The notes beneath the pieces are model-generated. The model did not search any database. It was not told where the DNA came from and saw only the letters and a program-made list of their open reading frames with translations. Of a stretch of DNA of 64,000 nt, positions 29,258-37,237 are shown in pieces (within the stretch, counting starts at the first letter, position 1; each line of letters opens with the position of its first letter). The translations under genes and the position numbers were made by a program. The DNA is from an uncultured Acidobacteriota bacterium (GTDB lineage Bacteria; Acidobacteriota; UBA6911): assembly GCA_963839475.1 (NCBI GenBank), contig CAWIVH010000012.1, forward strand, positions 407,711 to 471,710, written 5' to 3'.

Positions 29258-30622
29258 ATGCCCTCTTTTTCCGGAAAATTCCGCTATTTCGAAACTGGCG
29301 GCACCCTGCTGCAGGAAGGCCCCTGCCGCCTCATGATTGAAGAGGAATTCCTGCTCTTGACGCCGCAATCAGGCGCTCCGCTTTCCTGCGACCTCGGGGA
29401 CATCGATGCGCTGTTGCCCGGAGATTACGAGTTGACCTTGAAGCTCTATACCGGTCACTCCATCTCCCTCTTTTACTTCGCCAAGACTTTTCAAAATCTC
29501 TGCCACGATCTGCTCGAGGCTTTCCGCAAACGCCAACTGCAAGTCCTCCTCCTGGAGGACCTCGAGGAAATCGAACGCTTCGACGGTCAGGCGTCTTACA
29601 AATCGGCAACGACGAGTTTTTCCAGCAAAGCGGAGATTCGCCTCTATCGTAGCAACCTCGCCATCCTTCCGGAAACCGCGACGGGATTCTCCTGGCGCTA
29701 TTCGGATATCGATAGCGTGGAATTCGACGACGCCACCTATACATTGGGATTGCTCTCGGGTGACGACCGCCTGGTGCTGACCAAACTGGCCAAGCGTACT
29801 CGTGAATTGACGCAACGGATCCGGGATGCCGTTGCGGAAACGGCGGAAGCGGGTGGGAAAATCATCCGGTCCGTGTTCCCCTTCCTGAATCCGCCGCAGT
29901 TTCAGCAGATGGCCACTTTGTACCGGGAAGGGCACGCGGTTCCGGTGCAGAGTCTGTGTGCCATTCATTCCCGATCGGAAAGTGCCCTCCTCGCCGGGTG
30001 CGTGGATACAGGCCAAAAAGGTTATGTGGATTTCCTCAAAGAACTTAGCCTCGATGGCAACTATTTCGCCGGTTTCAAAAGACTCCGGCACGAGGAGGAG
30101 TTGGAGGATGCACCTGAGGACGCAGAGGTTGCGGCAGCGGCCGGGGATTCTAATTCAGCCCTTGCGGAAGAGGACGAAAAGCCGGATGCCGGCGATGATA
30201 AAGAAGCGATTCTGCATTGGTTTTTCTTCCCCCTGAAAGCAGGCAAGGACCTCGACCGGCCGGCCAACATTGTCGCCTGGGAAGCGACTTCGCGCACTGG
30301 GAGGGCAACCTATTTCTTCCGCCTGGTGGCGTCAGAGCAGGCGCAGGTGATAAAGGATAAAGCAACCGCCCGGACTGCCATCGCCGATGCCGTGAGGCAG
30401 CTGAACCGGGCGATTGTTATGCTGAACTTCCGGCGTGAGCCGATCTATCTGGGAGACGATGCGCTCGAAACCAGGGAGCGCTACCATCGTTATGCGATTG
30501 CCTGCCGGAGAATCCCGGAACTCAGGAGGCTGCGAGGTTCCTTTCAGGGCCGGGCGATTCATACTACCTTCGAGGCATGGCAAAAGCAGGTTGACTCTAT
30601 CCTGTCAGCACACGGTCGATAA
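29258..30622 (+). CDS. Hypothetical protein with an internally duplicated N-terminal module and an acidic linker
   Basis: Two similar ~90-aa segments (GKFRYFETGGTLL…DIDALLPGDYELTLKLY and AEIRLYRSNLAILPE…DIDSVEFDDATYTLGLL). An acidic run EEELEDAPEDAEVAAAAGDSNSALAEEDEKPDAGDD. Start chosen at ATG 29258. Confidence 0.4.
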   Translation: MPSFSGKFRYFETGGTLLQEGPCRLMIEEEFLLLTPQSGAPLSCDLGDIDALLPGDYELTLKLYTGHSISLFYFAKTFQNLCHDLLEAFRKRQLQVLLLEDLEEIERFDGQASYKSATTSFSSKAEIRLYRSNLAILPETATGFSWRYSDIDSVEFDDATYTLGLLSGDDRLVLTKLAKRTRELTQRIRDAVAETAEAGGKIIRSVFPFLNPPQFQQMATLYREGHAVPVQSLCAIHSRSESALLAGCVDTGQKGYVDFLKELSLDGNYFAGFKRLRHEEELEDAPEDAEVAAAAGDSNSALAEEDEKPDAGDDKEAILHWFFFPLKAGKDLDRPANIVAWEATSRTGRATYFFRLVASEQAQVIKDKATARTAIADAVRQLNRAIVMLNFRREPIYLGDDALETRERYHRYAIACRRIPELRRLRGSFQGRAIHTTFEAWQKQVDSILSAHGR

Positions 30623-30675
30623 GGTGCTTGCGATAATCGTTGAGGGCCTGCAGTACTTCGCGGCTATAAAATAAT

Positions 30676-31926
30676 ATGAACTCAAGACAAAGAGTCCTCT
30701 CCGCATTGAACCACCGGCAGCCCGACTGCATCCCTGTTGATTTCGGCAGCACCTTTGTGAGCGGGATCCATATCAGCTGTGTCGCGGCCCTTCGGGACCA
30801 TTACGGCCTCGAAAAGAGGCCGGTAAAGGCAATCGACCCTGGCCAGATGCTGGGAGAGGTCGACGACGAGCTCAAGTCTGTGCTGGGGATCGATGTCGCC
30901 GGCGTCGTGCGCCGGATGAACCGCTTCGGGTTCCCCAATGAGCAGTGGAAGCTCTGGCGCATGTATGACGGGCTGGAAATCCTTGTCCCCGGTGGGTTCA
31001 ACGTAACCGTCGATGAAAACGGTGACACCCTTATGCACCCGGGTGGGGATACTCAGCTTCCCCCCAGCGCCCGGATGCCCAAGGATGGCTATTTTTTTGA
31101 TGCCATCATCCGGCAGGGCATCATTGATGAAGAGAATCTAGATCCACGCGACAACCTGGAGGAGTTCAACCTCATTTCGGAAGAAGAACTGCGGCATTTC
31201 GAGCGGGAAACAGAGCGGGCGGCGGACAGCGGCAGGGCGGTGATTGCGAGCTTTGGGGGAATGGCTCTGGGAGATATTGGCCAGATTCCCGCAGTGGGGC
31301 TGAAGAATCCCCGGGGAATACGCGACATTACAGAATGGTATATGTCCATCCATTCCCGCCGGGACTACATCCACAAGGTCTTCGAAGGTCAGTGTGAAAT
31401 CGCCCTGGCCAACCTTGAAAGTATCGCCGGTCGGGTGGGTGATTACGTGGATGTGGTCTTGATTTGCGGCACCGACTTCGGCACTCAGAATTCATCATTC
31501 TGCTCGGTCGATACTTTCCGTGAACTTTGGCTGCCGTACTACCGCCGCCTCAACGACTGGATTCACAAGAACACGAGCTGGAAGACCTTCAAGCATTCCT
31601 GCGGCGCGGTTGCGAAATTTCTGCCCTCGTTCATCGAAGCCGGATTCGACATCCTGAATCCGGTCCAGTTCTCGGCAGCGGGCATGGATCCGGAAATGTT
31701 GAAGGAAACCTTCGGGGATCGTCTGGTTTTCTGGGGCGGAGGGATCGACACGCAGCAGGTTTTGCCCTTCGGCAAGCCGGAGGAGGTCCGGGAGCAGGTT
31801 CTGCGCCGCTGTGAAATCCTCGCCCGGGACGGCGGATTCGTTTTCAACAGCGTGCATAATGTCCAGGCCGGCACGCCTGTATCCAACCTGGTTGCCCTTT
31901 TTGCGGCGCTTTCAGAGCTGAAGTGA
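30676..31926 (+). CDS. Uroporphyrinogen-decarboxylase (URO-D) family protein, second paralog
   Basis: N-terminus RQRVLSALNHRQPDCIPVDFG and C-terminus …RLVFWGGGIDTQQVLPFGKPEEVREQV… parallel those of 26910..28076. Confidence 0.75.
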   Translation: MNSRQRVLSALNHRQPDCIPVDFGSTFVSGIHISCVAALRDHYGLEKRPVKAIDPGQMLGEVDDELKSVLGIDVAGVVRRMNRFGFPNEQWKLWRMYDGLEILVPGGFNVTVDENGDTLMHPGGDTQLPPSARMPKDGYFFDAIIRQGIIDEENLDPRDNLEEFNLISEEELRHFERETERAADSGRAVIASFGGMALGDIGQIPAVGLKNPRGIRDITEWYMSIHSRRDYIHKVFEGQCEIALANLESIAGRVGDYVDVVLICGTDFGTQNSSFCSVDTFRELWLPYYRRLNDWIHKNTSWKTFKHSCGAVAKFLPSFIEAGFDILNPVQFSAAGMDPEMLKETFGDRLVFWGGGIDTQQVLPFGKPEEVREQVLRRCEILARDGGFVFNSVHNVQAGTPVSNLVALFAALSELK

Positions 31927-31969
31927 TGGAATAACAAACCGCCAAGTCAGCGAGTTCCTGGCGCTATTG

Positions 31970-32992
31970 TTATTCGGCCGCTTTCTCCCTGAAGAAAAGC
32001 GCCGTCATATACCACACCGCAGCAACGGCAGTCACGAAACAGACCAGGAAAAGCAGGAGCGGGGACCACTGCGTGTCCACCTTCCAGGAAGCGGGATCGA
32101 ATTTGCCCTGGAGCTTGAGCAGGCGCACATAATGCCGGTTTATTACCATGGAAATCAGCGACGGAAAGAGCAGTGAGAACGCGAGAGTGAACTTCCTGGT
32201 GAAAAAGAGGTGCATCGAACCCAGGCCTAGTAGGATCCCGATCATCAGCGACCAGACCGCAGGCGTGCGCATAAAGGCAGCAAGGTAGGGGCCCAGCGTC
32301 ATCAAGTAGGCCAGGCCGGCTATGGATGCGAGCACGAATCCAACCAGGAAGAATTTCTTTCCCACCACAAAGGCTGCGGGGTTGTCCCGGCCAACGAATC
32401 CAACCAGGAAGCCGCCGACCGTAATCGCCCCGAGGATCATGTGCGCCCAGCGCAGAATGTAGTCGCCGATTTCAGGATTAAAAATCGTTCCAGCCTGGTT
32501 CTGGGCATACAGCTTGCGGATGAGATCCGGATTTTCTGCCATCGAGAAGACCGAACTGTAAACCAGAGAAACGAAAATCGTCGCGGAAAGTGCCAGGATC
32601 AGAGGAAGGAAAGGCCTGCCGGTCTCGCTGCGGATCGAAAATGAGGCGCGGTAAAGGCTGTAATAACCGAGAATCACGGCGGGCACTACAAAAAGCCAGT
32701 ACCAGCCGCTCACGATGGCGGCGGAGTATATCTGTTGTGGAAAAACCACCTGGACAAAAAGGAGAGGTGCAATCCCCATGGTCACAGTCAGGGCCATGGC
32801 CGTCGGGAACAACCGGATGAAGCGTTGAACCGTAGGGTCCTTCCAGCGATCGGGAAATCCGCCGAAGAGGACTGCGATTATTCCCCCGACAACAAAGTTC
32901 ATGGCCAGAAAATGCAGGCTCAACGTCAGGATATGCAAAATCGAAAAGAGCCAGAGTGGAGCCGACAGGAAATTGGAATCCGGCATTGTCAT
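31970..32992 (-). CDS. Polytopic membrane protein, CydB-like partner of the upstream cytochrome gene
   Basis: 8-9 predicted TM helices. ATGA start/stop overlap with the upstream gene indicates translational coupling. Confidence 0.4.
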   Translation of the reverse strand: MTMPDSNFLSAPLWLFSILHILTLSLHFLAMNFVVGGIIAVLFGGFPDRWKDPTVQRFIRLFPTAMALTVTMGIAPLLFVQVVFPQQIYSAAIVSGWYWLFVVPAVILGYYSLYRASFSIRSETGRPFLPLILALSATIFVSLVYSSVFSMAENPDLIRKLYAQNQAGTIFNPEIGDYILRWAHMILGAITVGGFLVGFVGRDNPAAFVVGKKFFLVGFVLASIAGLAYLMTLGPYLAAFMRTPAVWSLMIGILLGLGSMHLFFTRKFTLAFSLLFPSLISMVINRHYVRLLKLQGKFDPASWKVDTQWSPLLLFLVCFVTAVAAVWYMTALFFREKAAE

Positions 32993-34497
32993 TTGTTGCC
33001 TCCGGCAGTCAGGGTTTTTAGGTAGGAAATCAGAGCGGCGCGATCAGCGGCGCCGGCGGTGAAGGCTGGCATTCCCTCTCCCAGATCAGCGGCCATGTTC
33101 AGCATGTTATCGTAATCGGCATCTGTCAGCCCGACGAGCGACTGGGTCTTATCGTGGCTTCCCCCCATGGCATGGCAGGGTCCGCAGCGGAGGTCAAAGA
33201 CCTTGCGGCCTAGATCAACACCCTGGATGCCGTAGATTTCGGAAAGGGGACGCTTGTCCACGCGCTCGTAAACGAAGGCTCCGATCGCATCTGCATCTGA
33301 TTTCAGGCCCAGAAACGCGGGCATGTTGCCCTTCAGCAAATGAGTTCCTTGGGCTATGCCGGAAATAAAAGCGGCGTCGGTCCCCTGGAACATCGGCGCG
33401 AGGGCCTTATATCCATGGATGGTATGGCAGCTGCGGCAGGCGCGGCGGAACAAGTCGGCGCCATCGTTGCCGGTCCGGTAGGTGATGGAGGTCAGAAGGC
33501 CGTTCTTCTTATATTGGGCTGTCTTGCCGACCTCGAGACCATTGCCGTACATGTAGCCCGAAATGATGTAGGGTTTACGGATCGCCTCGCGGAACACTTC
33601 AAAGCCCGCAAACCAGACCAAGCCGCCAATCAGGGCTAGGGTGGCGAGGGTTTTGCCCCACAGCTTCGGGAGCACCAGTGCCAGAACCAAAAGAATCCCG
33701 ACGATGGCGGCTGAGCGATAGGAGTGATTCCAGGACCGGACGGGCCAGGGCATGATTTGCAGCGCCGCGGTGGTGATCGCAGCGGGGATTGCCCGCCAGT
33801 ACCAGGGCATCGACAGCAGGGTAACCGCCAGGCCTCCCAGTCCCCACAAGGAGCTGTACCGAACCAGCGAATTCCTGGCATCGCCGGCGGCTTGGCGTGC
33901 CGCCACGAACAGCGCATAAAGGCCCGCGAGCATGATGCATACGCCGGTTCGGAGCACCAGAGAAGGCCAATACGTCGGATTGAAGAAGCCGTCCCAGAAG
34001 TTGCCGGTCGTCAGCCATTTTCCCGGGGTGAGCATAAAAGTGAGGATTCCATTGATCACGACCAGCGAAAGCCAGGCGGCGGCGAAATAAATCCAGCCGA
34101 GGATCATGTGGCTGCGGGCGTCCATCCGTTTCCAGCCGTAATAGTAAAGAATGGCGGCGATGATCTCGACGAGGAAGAAGGTCCACTCGATGGCCCAGCC
34201 CCAAACGAAGTTATGGATCAGGACTTCGGTAGCCGCAGGAGACAGCAGTCCGATGACAAACCAGATCCAAACTCCTGTGAGCGCGCCGGCGACCAGAGTG
34301 ACAAGGACGAAGAACTTGCTGAGGCGCTCGAGGAATTCCAGGCGTGAAATGTCATGGGCTTTTCGCGCGGCTCTTTCAGTGACCACGAGATAAAGCCCTC
34401 CGCCGATAGCGAAATGGGAGATGAAGACGTGCACCACCGAGACCGCTGCGATCAGCAGCCCGTAACCGAAACCGAGGTCCCAGAAGGGATAGCTCAT
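32989..34497 (-). CDS. Cytochrome bd-like subunit-I-type membrane domain fused to a C-terminal di-haem cytochrome c
   Basis: N-terminal multi-TM domain with VHVFISHFAIGGG (candidate haem-ligating His). Two CxxCH motifs C-terminally (CRSCH, CGPCH). GGAGGT SD before ATG 34497. Confidence 0.5.
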   Translation of the reverse strand: MSYPFWDLGFGYGLLIAAVSVVHVFISHFAIGGGLYLVVTERAARKAHDISRLEFLERLSKFFVLVTLVAGALTGVWIWFVIGLLSPAATEVLIHNFVWGWAIEWTFFLVEIIAAILYYYGWKRMDARSHMILGWIYFAAAWLSLVVINGILTFMLTPGKWLTTGNFWDGFFNPTYWPSLVLRTGVCIMLAGLYALFVAARQAAGDARNSLVRYSSLWGLGGLAVTLLSMPWYWRAIPAAITTAALQIMPWPVRSWNHSYRSAAIVGILLVLALVLPKLWGKTLATLALIGGLVWFAGFEVFREAIRKPYIISGYMYGNGLEVGKTAQYKKNGLLTSITYRTGNDGADLFRRACRSCHTIHGYKALAPMFQGTDAAFISGIAQGTHLLKGNMPAFLGLKSDADAIGAFVYERVDKRPLSEIYGIQGVDLGRKVFDLRCGPCHAMGGSHDKTQSLVGLTDADYDNMLNMAADLGEGMPAFTAGAADRAALISYLKTLTAGGNK

Positions 34498-34800
34498 TTC
34501 CGACCTCCATGGATGAGGGGCGAAGGGCCATTGTATCCTTGTATGCCAAAATCCGAAACCCCTGCGGTGGGTACGATAGGGAAAATTAAACAAATCGAAC
34601 CTCAAAGCGATTTGGGACCGCAAAGCCATTTGTGGGCTTTCCTTTGCGGCCCTCGACGTCTTTGCGTTTTGTTCGCTCAGACAGGCCTCGTTTCCGGGGC
34701 GCGTCTCCTGCGAAATCCAAATTGTCCTTGAATTGTCGGCGGGAAGACCGCAAAATCTTAGCCTGCCTGTGGCGGTTTCGAAGCAGGCGTGACCGAGGGT

Positions 34801-34877
34801 GGCGACGTAGCTCAGATGGTTAGAGCGTGGGATTCATAACCCCAAGGTCGGTGGTTCGATTCCACCCGTCGCTACCA
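34801..34877 (+). tRNA. tRNA-Met (anticodon CAU), elongator type; tRNA-Ile2(k2CAU) not excluded
   Basis: GGCGACGTAGCTCAGATGGTTAGAGC D-arm, anticodon loop TTCATAA, T-arm GGTTCGATTCC, 3' CCA. Closely resembles elongator tRNA-Met. Confidence 0.9.
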
Positions 34878-34946
34878 AATCTTTCAGTAACTTACAGCCA
34901 TCCGCGAGTTTCACAAAAACCCCTGTGTGCCACTTTTGTGCCAAGG

Positions 34947-35996
34947 TCATCCTTGCCTCAATTTCCGCCCCTCCAGCACGCGAAGGACGTTCCTCGATGC
35001 TGAGTCCGGACTGAACCTGGCGTAATGCTTTCTGGTAAAGTCGATCGAGTGATGCCCCATGACCTCGCTGATGTAGTGCATGGGACATCCCTCCTCGGCT
35101 AGCTTGATCCCGAACGCGTGGCGCATGTCATGGATGCGCAGCTTTGGGTGGCCAGCTGCTTTTCTGGCCCTCTCCCACGGAATCGACACCCCGTCGGACG
35201 TCCAACTCCGAAGTGTGTCCGGGTGATAAAAAACAGTGTCGGCTTGCGCCGGCATCGCCGCGATTGCGCACAGTGCGCTTTCGGTCAGCGGCACCTGGCG
35301 TGAACGGCCGTTCTTTGTGTTTGAATGGAAAACCACCTGGGCCCGGGCAAAGTCGATCTGCGACCGCTCCAGCGTAATCGCCTCGCCTTTGCGGCACCCG
35401 GTTTCCCGAATGAACGTGAAGACAGGAAGCGCTCGGGGATCCAGTTTAGCGAATACCTCGTCGATCACCGATTCGTCCGGGCGTTCTCCCACCCACTCGA
35501 TTTCCCTGAGGTGGTCAATACGTTCGGCCGGGTTCTCTTCAAGATATCCCTTCTTCACAGCCCACCCCAGCACATGATGCAGGGCGGCAAGATTGCGATT
35601 GATCGTCTTGTTGTTGAGGTCCTCCGATTTCCTGGAGGCGACAAACTTCGCAATCCCCTGGGGTGTGATGGCGTCGATTGGTGTTGATCCGAAATGCCCC
35701 TTCAGAATTTTGAGCAAGCTCTTCTTTGTGTCGAGACGACGATTGTAGGGCAGGACATGCAGCTTCCAGTACAGGTCGCAGAATTCCCGGAACAATATTC
35801 CTTTGCCTCCCTCAAGCTTGAGTTCCTTCCGGAGCTTACTCCAGATCCTCACTTCGTCCGCGCATGCCACTTCGATCTTCTTGTTGATTTTGTCGGCCGT
35901 GGCTTCATCGGGCATCTTCGTCCTGGTGCGAACACCATCCGGCCAGATGGTATCGATAAGCCAGTAGCCGCGATTTTTGTTAATTTTGACACTCAC
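34947..35996 (-). CDS. int: Tyrosine-type site-specific integrase (phage integrase family)
   Basis: C-terminal catalytic region HDMRHAFGIKLAEEGCPMHYISEVMGHHSIDFTRKHY (R…HxxR…Y). Adjacent to a tRNA 3' end. Confidence 0.9.
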   Translation of the reverse strand: MSVKINKNRGYWLIDTIWPDGVRTRTKMPDEATADKINKKIEVACADEVRIWSKLRKELKLEGGKGILFREFCDLYWKLHVLPYNRRLDTKKSLLKILKGHFGSTPIDAITPQGIAKFVASRKSEDLNNKTINRNLAALHHVLGWAVKKGYLEENPAERIDHLREIEWVGERPDESVIDEVFAKLDPRALPVFTFIRETGCRKGEAITLERSQIDFARAQVVFHSNTKNGRSRQVPLTESALCAIAAMPAQADTVFYHPDTLRSWTSDGVSIPWERARKAAGHPKLRIHDMRHAFGIKLAEEGCPMHYISEVMGHHSIDFTRKHYARFSPDSASRNVLRVLEGRKLRQG

Positions 35997-36289
35997 TTTG
36001 CTCCATCTCCTTTGAAATGAGCTGGTTTCAGTGAGTTTTCGCGCGGTGACATTATATGCTTGGGAAGGCTCTCAAGGTAAAGGTCTAAGTCGTTACGCAG
36101 GTAGATCCTGCGTTTCCCGTTGAGATGCATTGTGTAAGGAATATGACCCGCGAAGACAAGCTCACGGAATTGCGTCCGGTTTGTTCCGATGTACCGGGCC
36201 GCGTCCAGTTCGTGCATTGCCGCCGGGGGCATTGCTTTGGGTTGCTCGATTATGGGTACCAGGGCAAGATTAGCGCCGCTCATGGTCAT
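35993..36289 (-). CDS. xis: Excisionase / AlpA-like HTH DNA-binding protein
   Basis: MHELDAARYIGTNRTQFRELVFAGHIPYTMHLNGKRRIYLRNDLDLYL is an excisionase-type wHTH. ATGA-coupled to int. The upstream start is uncertain (ORF open to 36394). Confidence 0.5.
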   Translation of the reverse strand: MTMSGANLALVPIIEQPKAMPPAAMHELDAARYIGTNRTQFRELVFAGHIPYTMHLNGKRRIYLRNDLDLYLESLPKHIMSPRENSLKPAHFKGDGAK

Positions 36290-36474
36290 TTCTCCAATCG
36301 GTTCAGGATTCGCGCAAGGCCGAGCAGTGACGGGGAGCCACATTTCGGGCAGCGTTCCCCCTCGGCAGCACTGATGTGCTCGCAGTTCACGCACAGCGCG
36401 GCTCGATTCAGTTGGACCATTCCGCCGCCGTGGACCGGCGTGCGGATTTCCTCGATTTCAACAAACCTCTTCAT
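36286..36474 (-). CDS. Small zinc-ribbon protein (62 aa)
   Basis: CVNC…CPKCG pair. Only the C-terminal 62 codons of the 140-aa track ORF are plausible, since the rest overlaps the DUF559 gene out of frame. Confidence 0.35.
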   Translation of the reverse strand: MKRFVEIEEIRTPVHGGGMVQLNRAALCVNCEHISAAEGERCPKCGSPSLLGLARILNRLEK

Positions 36475-36482
36475 TGGATGTC

Positions 36483-36800
36483 TCAACTGATCTTCCTCAT
36501 CAGGCTCTCGATCGCCTGAACGGCCAATCCGGATTTGACGTGGCGCGGAGTGAAGTGGAGCACGCGCCACCCTGCCATCACTGCGGCATTGCGTTTCTCG
36601 GCGTCCCGCTCGAAGCCGCTGCCGCGAACGTGACGGCCGCGGTTGTAGATGCCACCATCGATTTCGACGGCGACCTTGTAGCGCGGCCAGGCGAAGTCGA
36701 ACCTCCACCGGCGCCGGGGATGGAACCTGTATTCCCTCGCCGGCGACGGCAGCCCGGAGAGCTTGATGTGCTGCCCGAGTAATTCCTCGAGATCACTCAT
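36483..36800 (-). CDS. DUF559 / Vsr-like endonuclease-fold protein
   Basis: YRFHPRRRWRFDFAWPRYKVAVEIDGGIYNRGRHVRGSGFERDAEKRNAAVMAGWRVLHF matches the DUF559 (restriction-endonuclease-like) pattern. Confidence 0.65.
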   Translation of the reverse strand: MSDLEELLGQHIKLSGLPSPAREYRFHPRRRWRFDFAWPRYKVAVEIDGGIYNRGRHVRGSGFERDAEKRNAAVMAGWRVLHFTPRHVKSGLAVQAIESLMRKIS

Positions 36801-36817
36801 ACATCGCTCTATAGGGG

Positions 36818-37237
36818 TCAGAAGGCAAGTTCTTCACCAGGAGTATCGCCATCGGTGATGGTAGCGCCGAAGAAACGGGCGGCGCTCCGCGACAAGTTTG
36901 GGTCCGACCGCTTTCCGATCCAAACCACCTTCACGCTGTGCTTGCCGTTGTACTCCTCGTCCTTGGTGCCGAAGGAAACCTCGCGGCCTTCGATGTCGAG
37001 TCCGAGCTGGTACTCGATGTAGCCCGAATCCTTGAGAAGGTCCGGATCCACGCCGAGCACCTCGAAGTACCTCCGGGCACGATCGCGGTTTTTCTGCGTC
37101 AGCCAGATCACGAACGACGTCGGCCCATCGTCACATTCGAGCATGACCTGGTAACCGAGAGTCCCGGTCTGCGTTTCGTAGAGCTGGGATCCGGGCGCCA
37201 CAACTCCGTTGTATTTGGTTTCGGCCTTGATACTCAT
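36818..37237 (-). CDS. Hypothetical phage-type early protein
   Basis: ORF in the tight early operon. No recognisable motif. Confidence 0.35.
   Translation of the reverse strand: MSIKAETKYNGVVAPGSQLYETQTGTLGYQVMLECDDGPTSFVIWLTQKNRDRARRYFEVLGVDPDLLKDSGYIEYQLGLDIEGREVSFGTKDEEYNGKHSVKVVWIGKRSDPNLSRSAARFFGATITDGDTPGEELAF

Noticed and set aside
33599-34204. 201-aa minus-strand alternative-frame ORF and other ORFs (33340..33639, 33724..34347) inside the cytochrome gene
   Set aside because: All overlap the polytopic cytochrome CDS, which has an SD, TM periodicity and CxxCH motifs.
36286-36708. 140-aa minus-strand ORF overlapping the DUF559 gene
   Set aside because: Its N-terminal 78 codons overlap the DUF559 CDS out of frame. 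Only the last 62 codons (Zn-ribbon) were kept as a feature.
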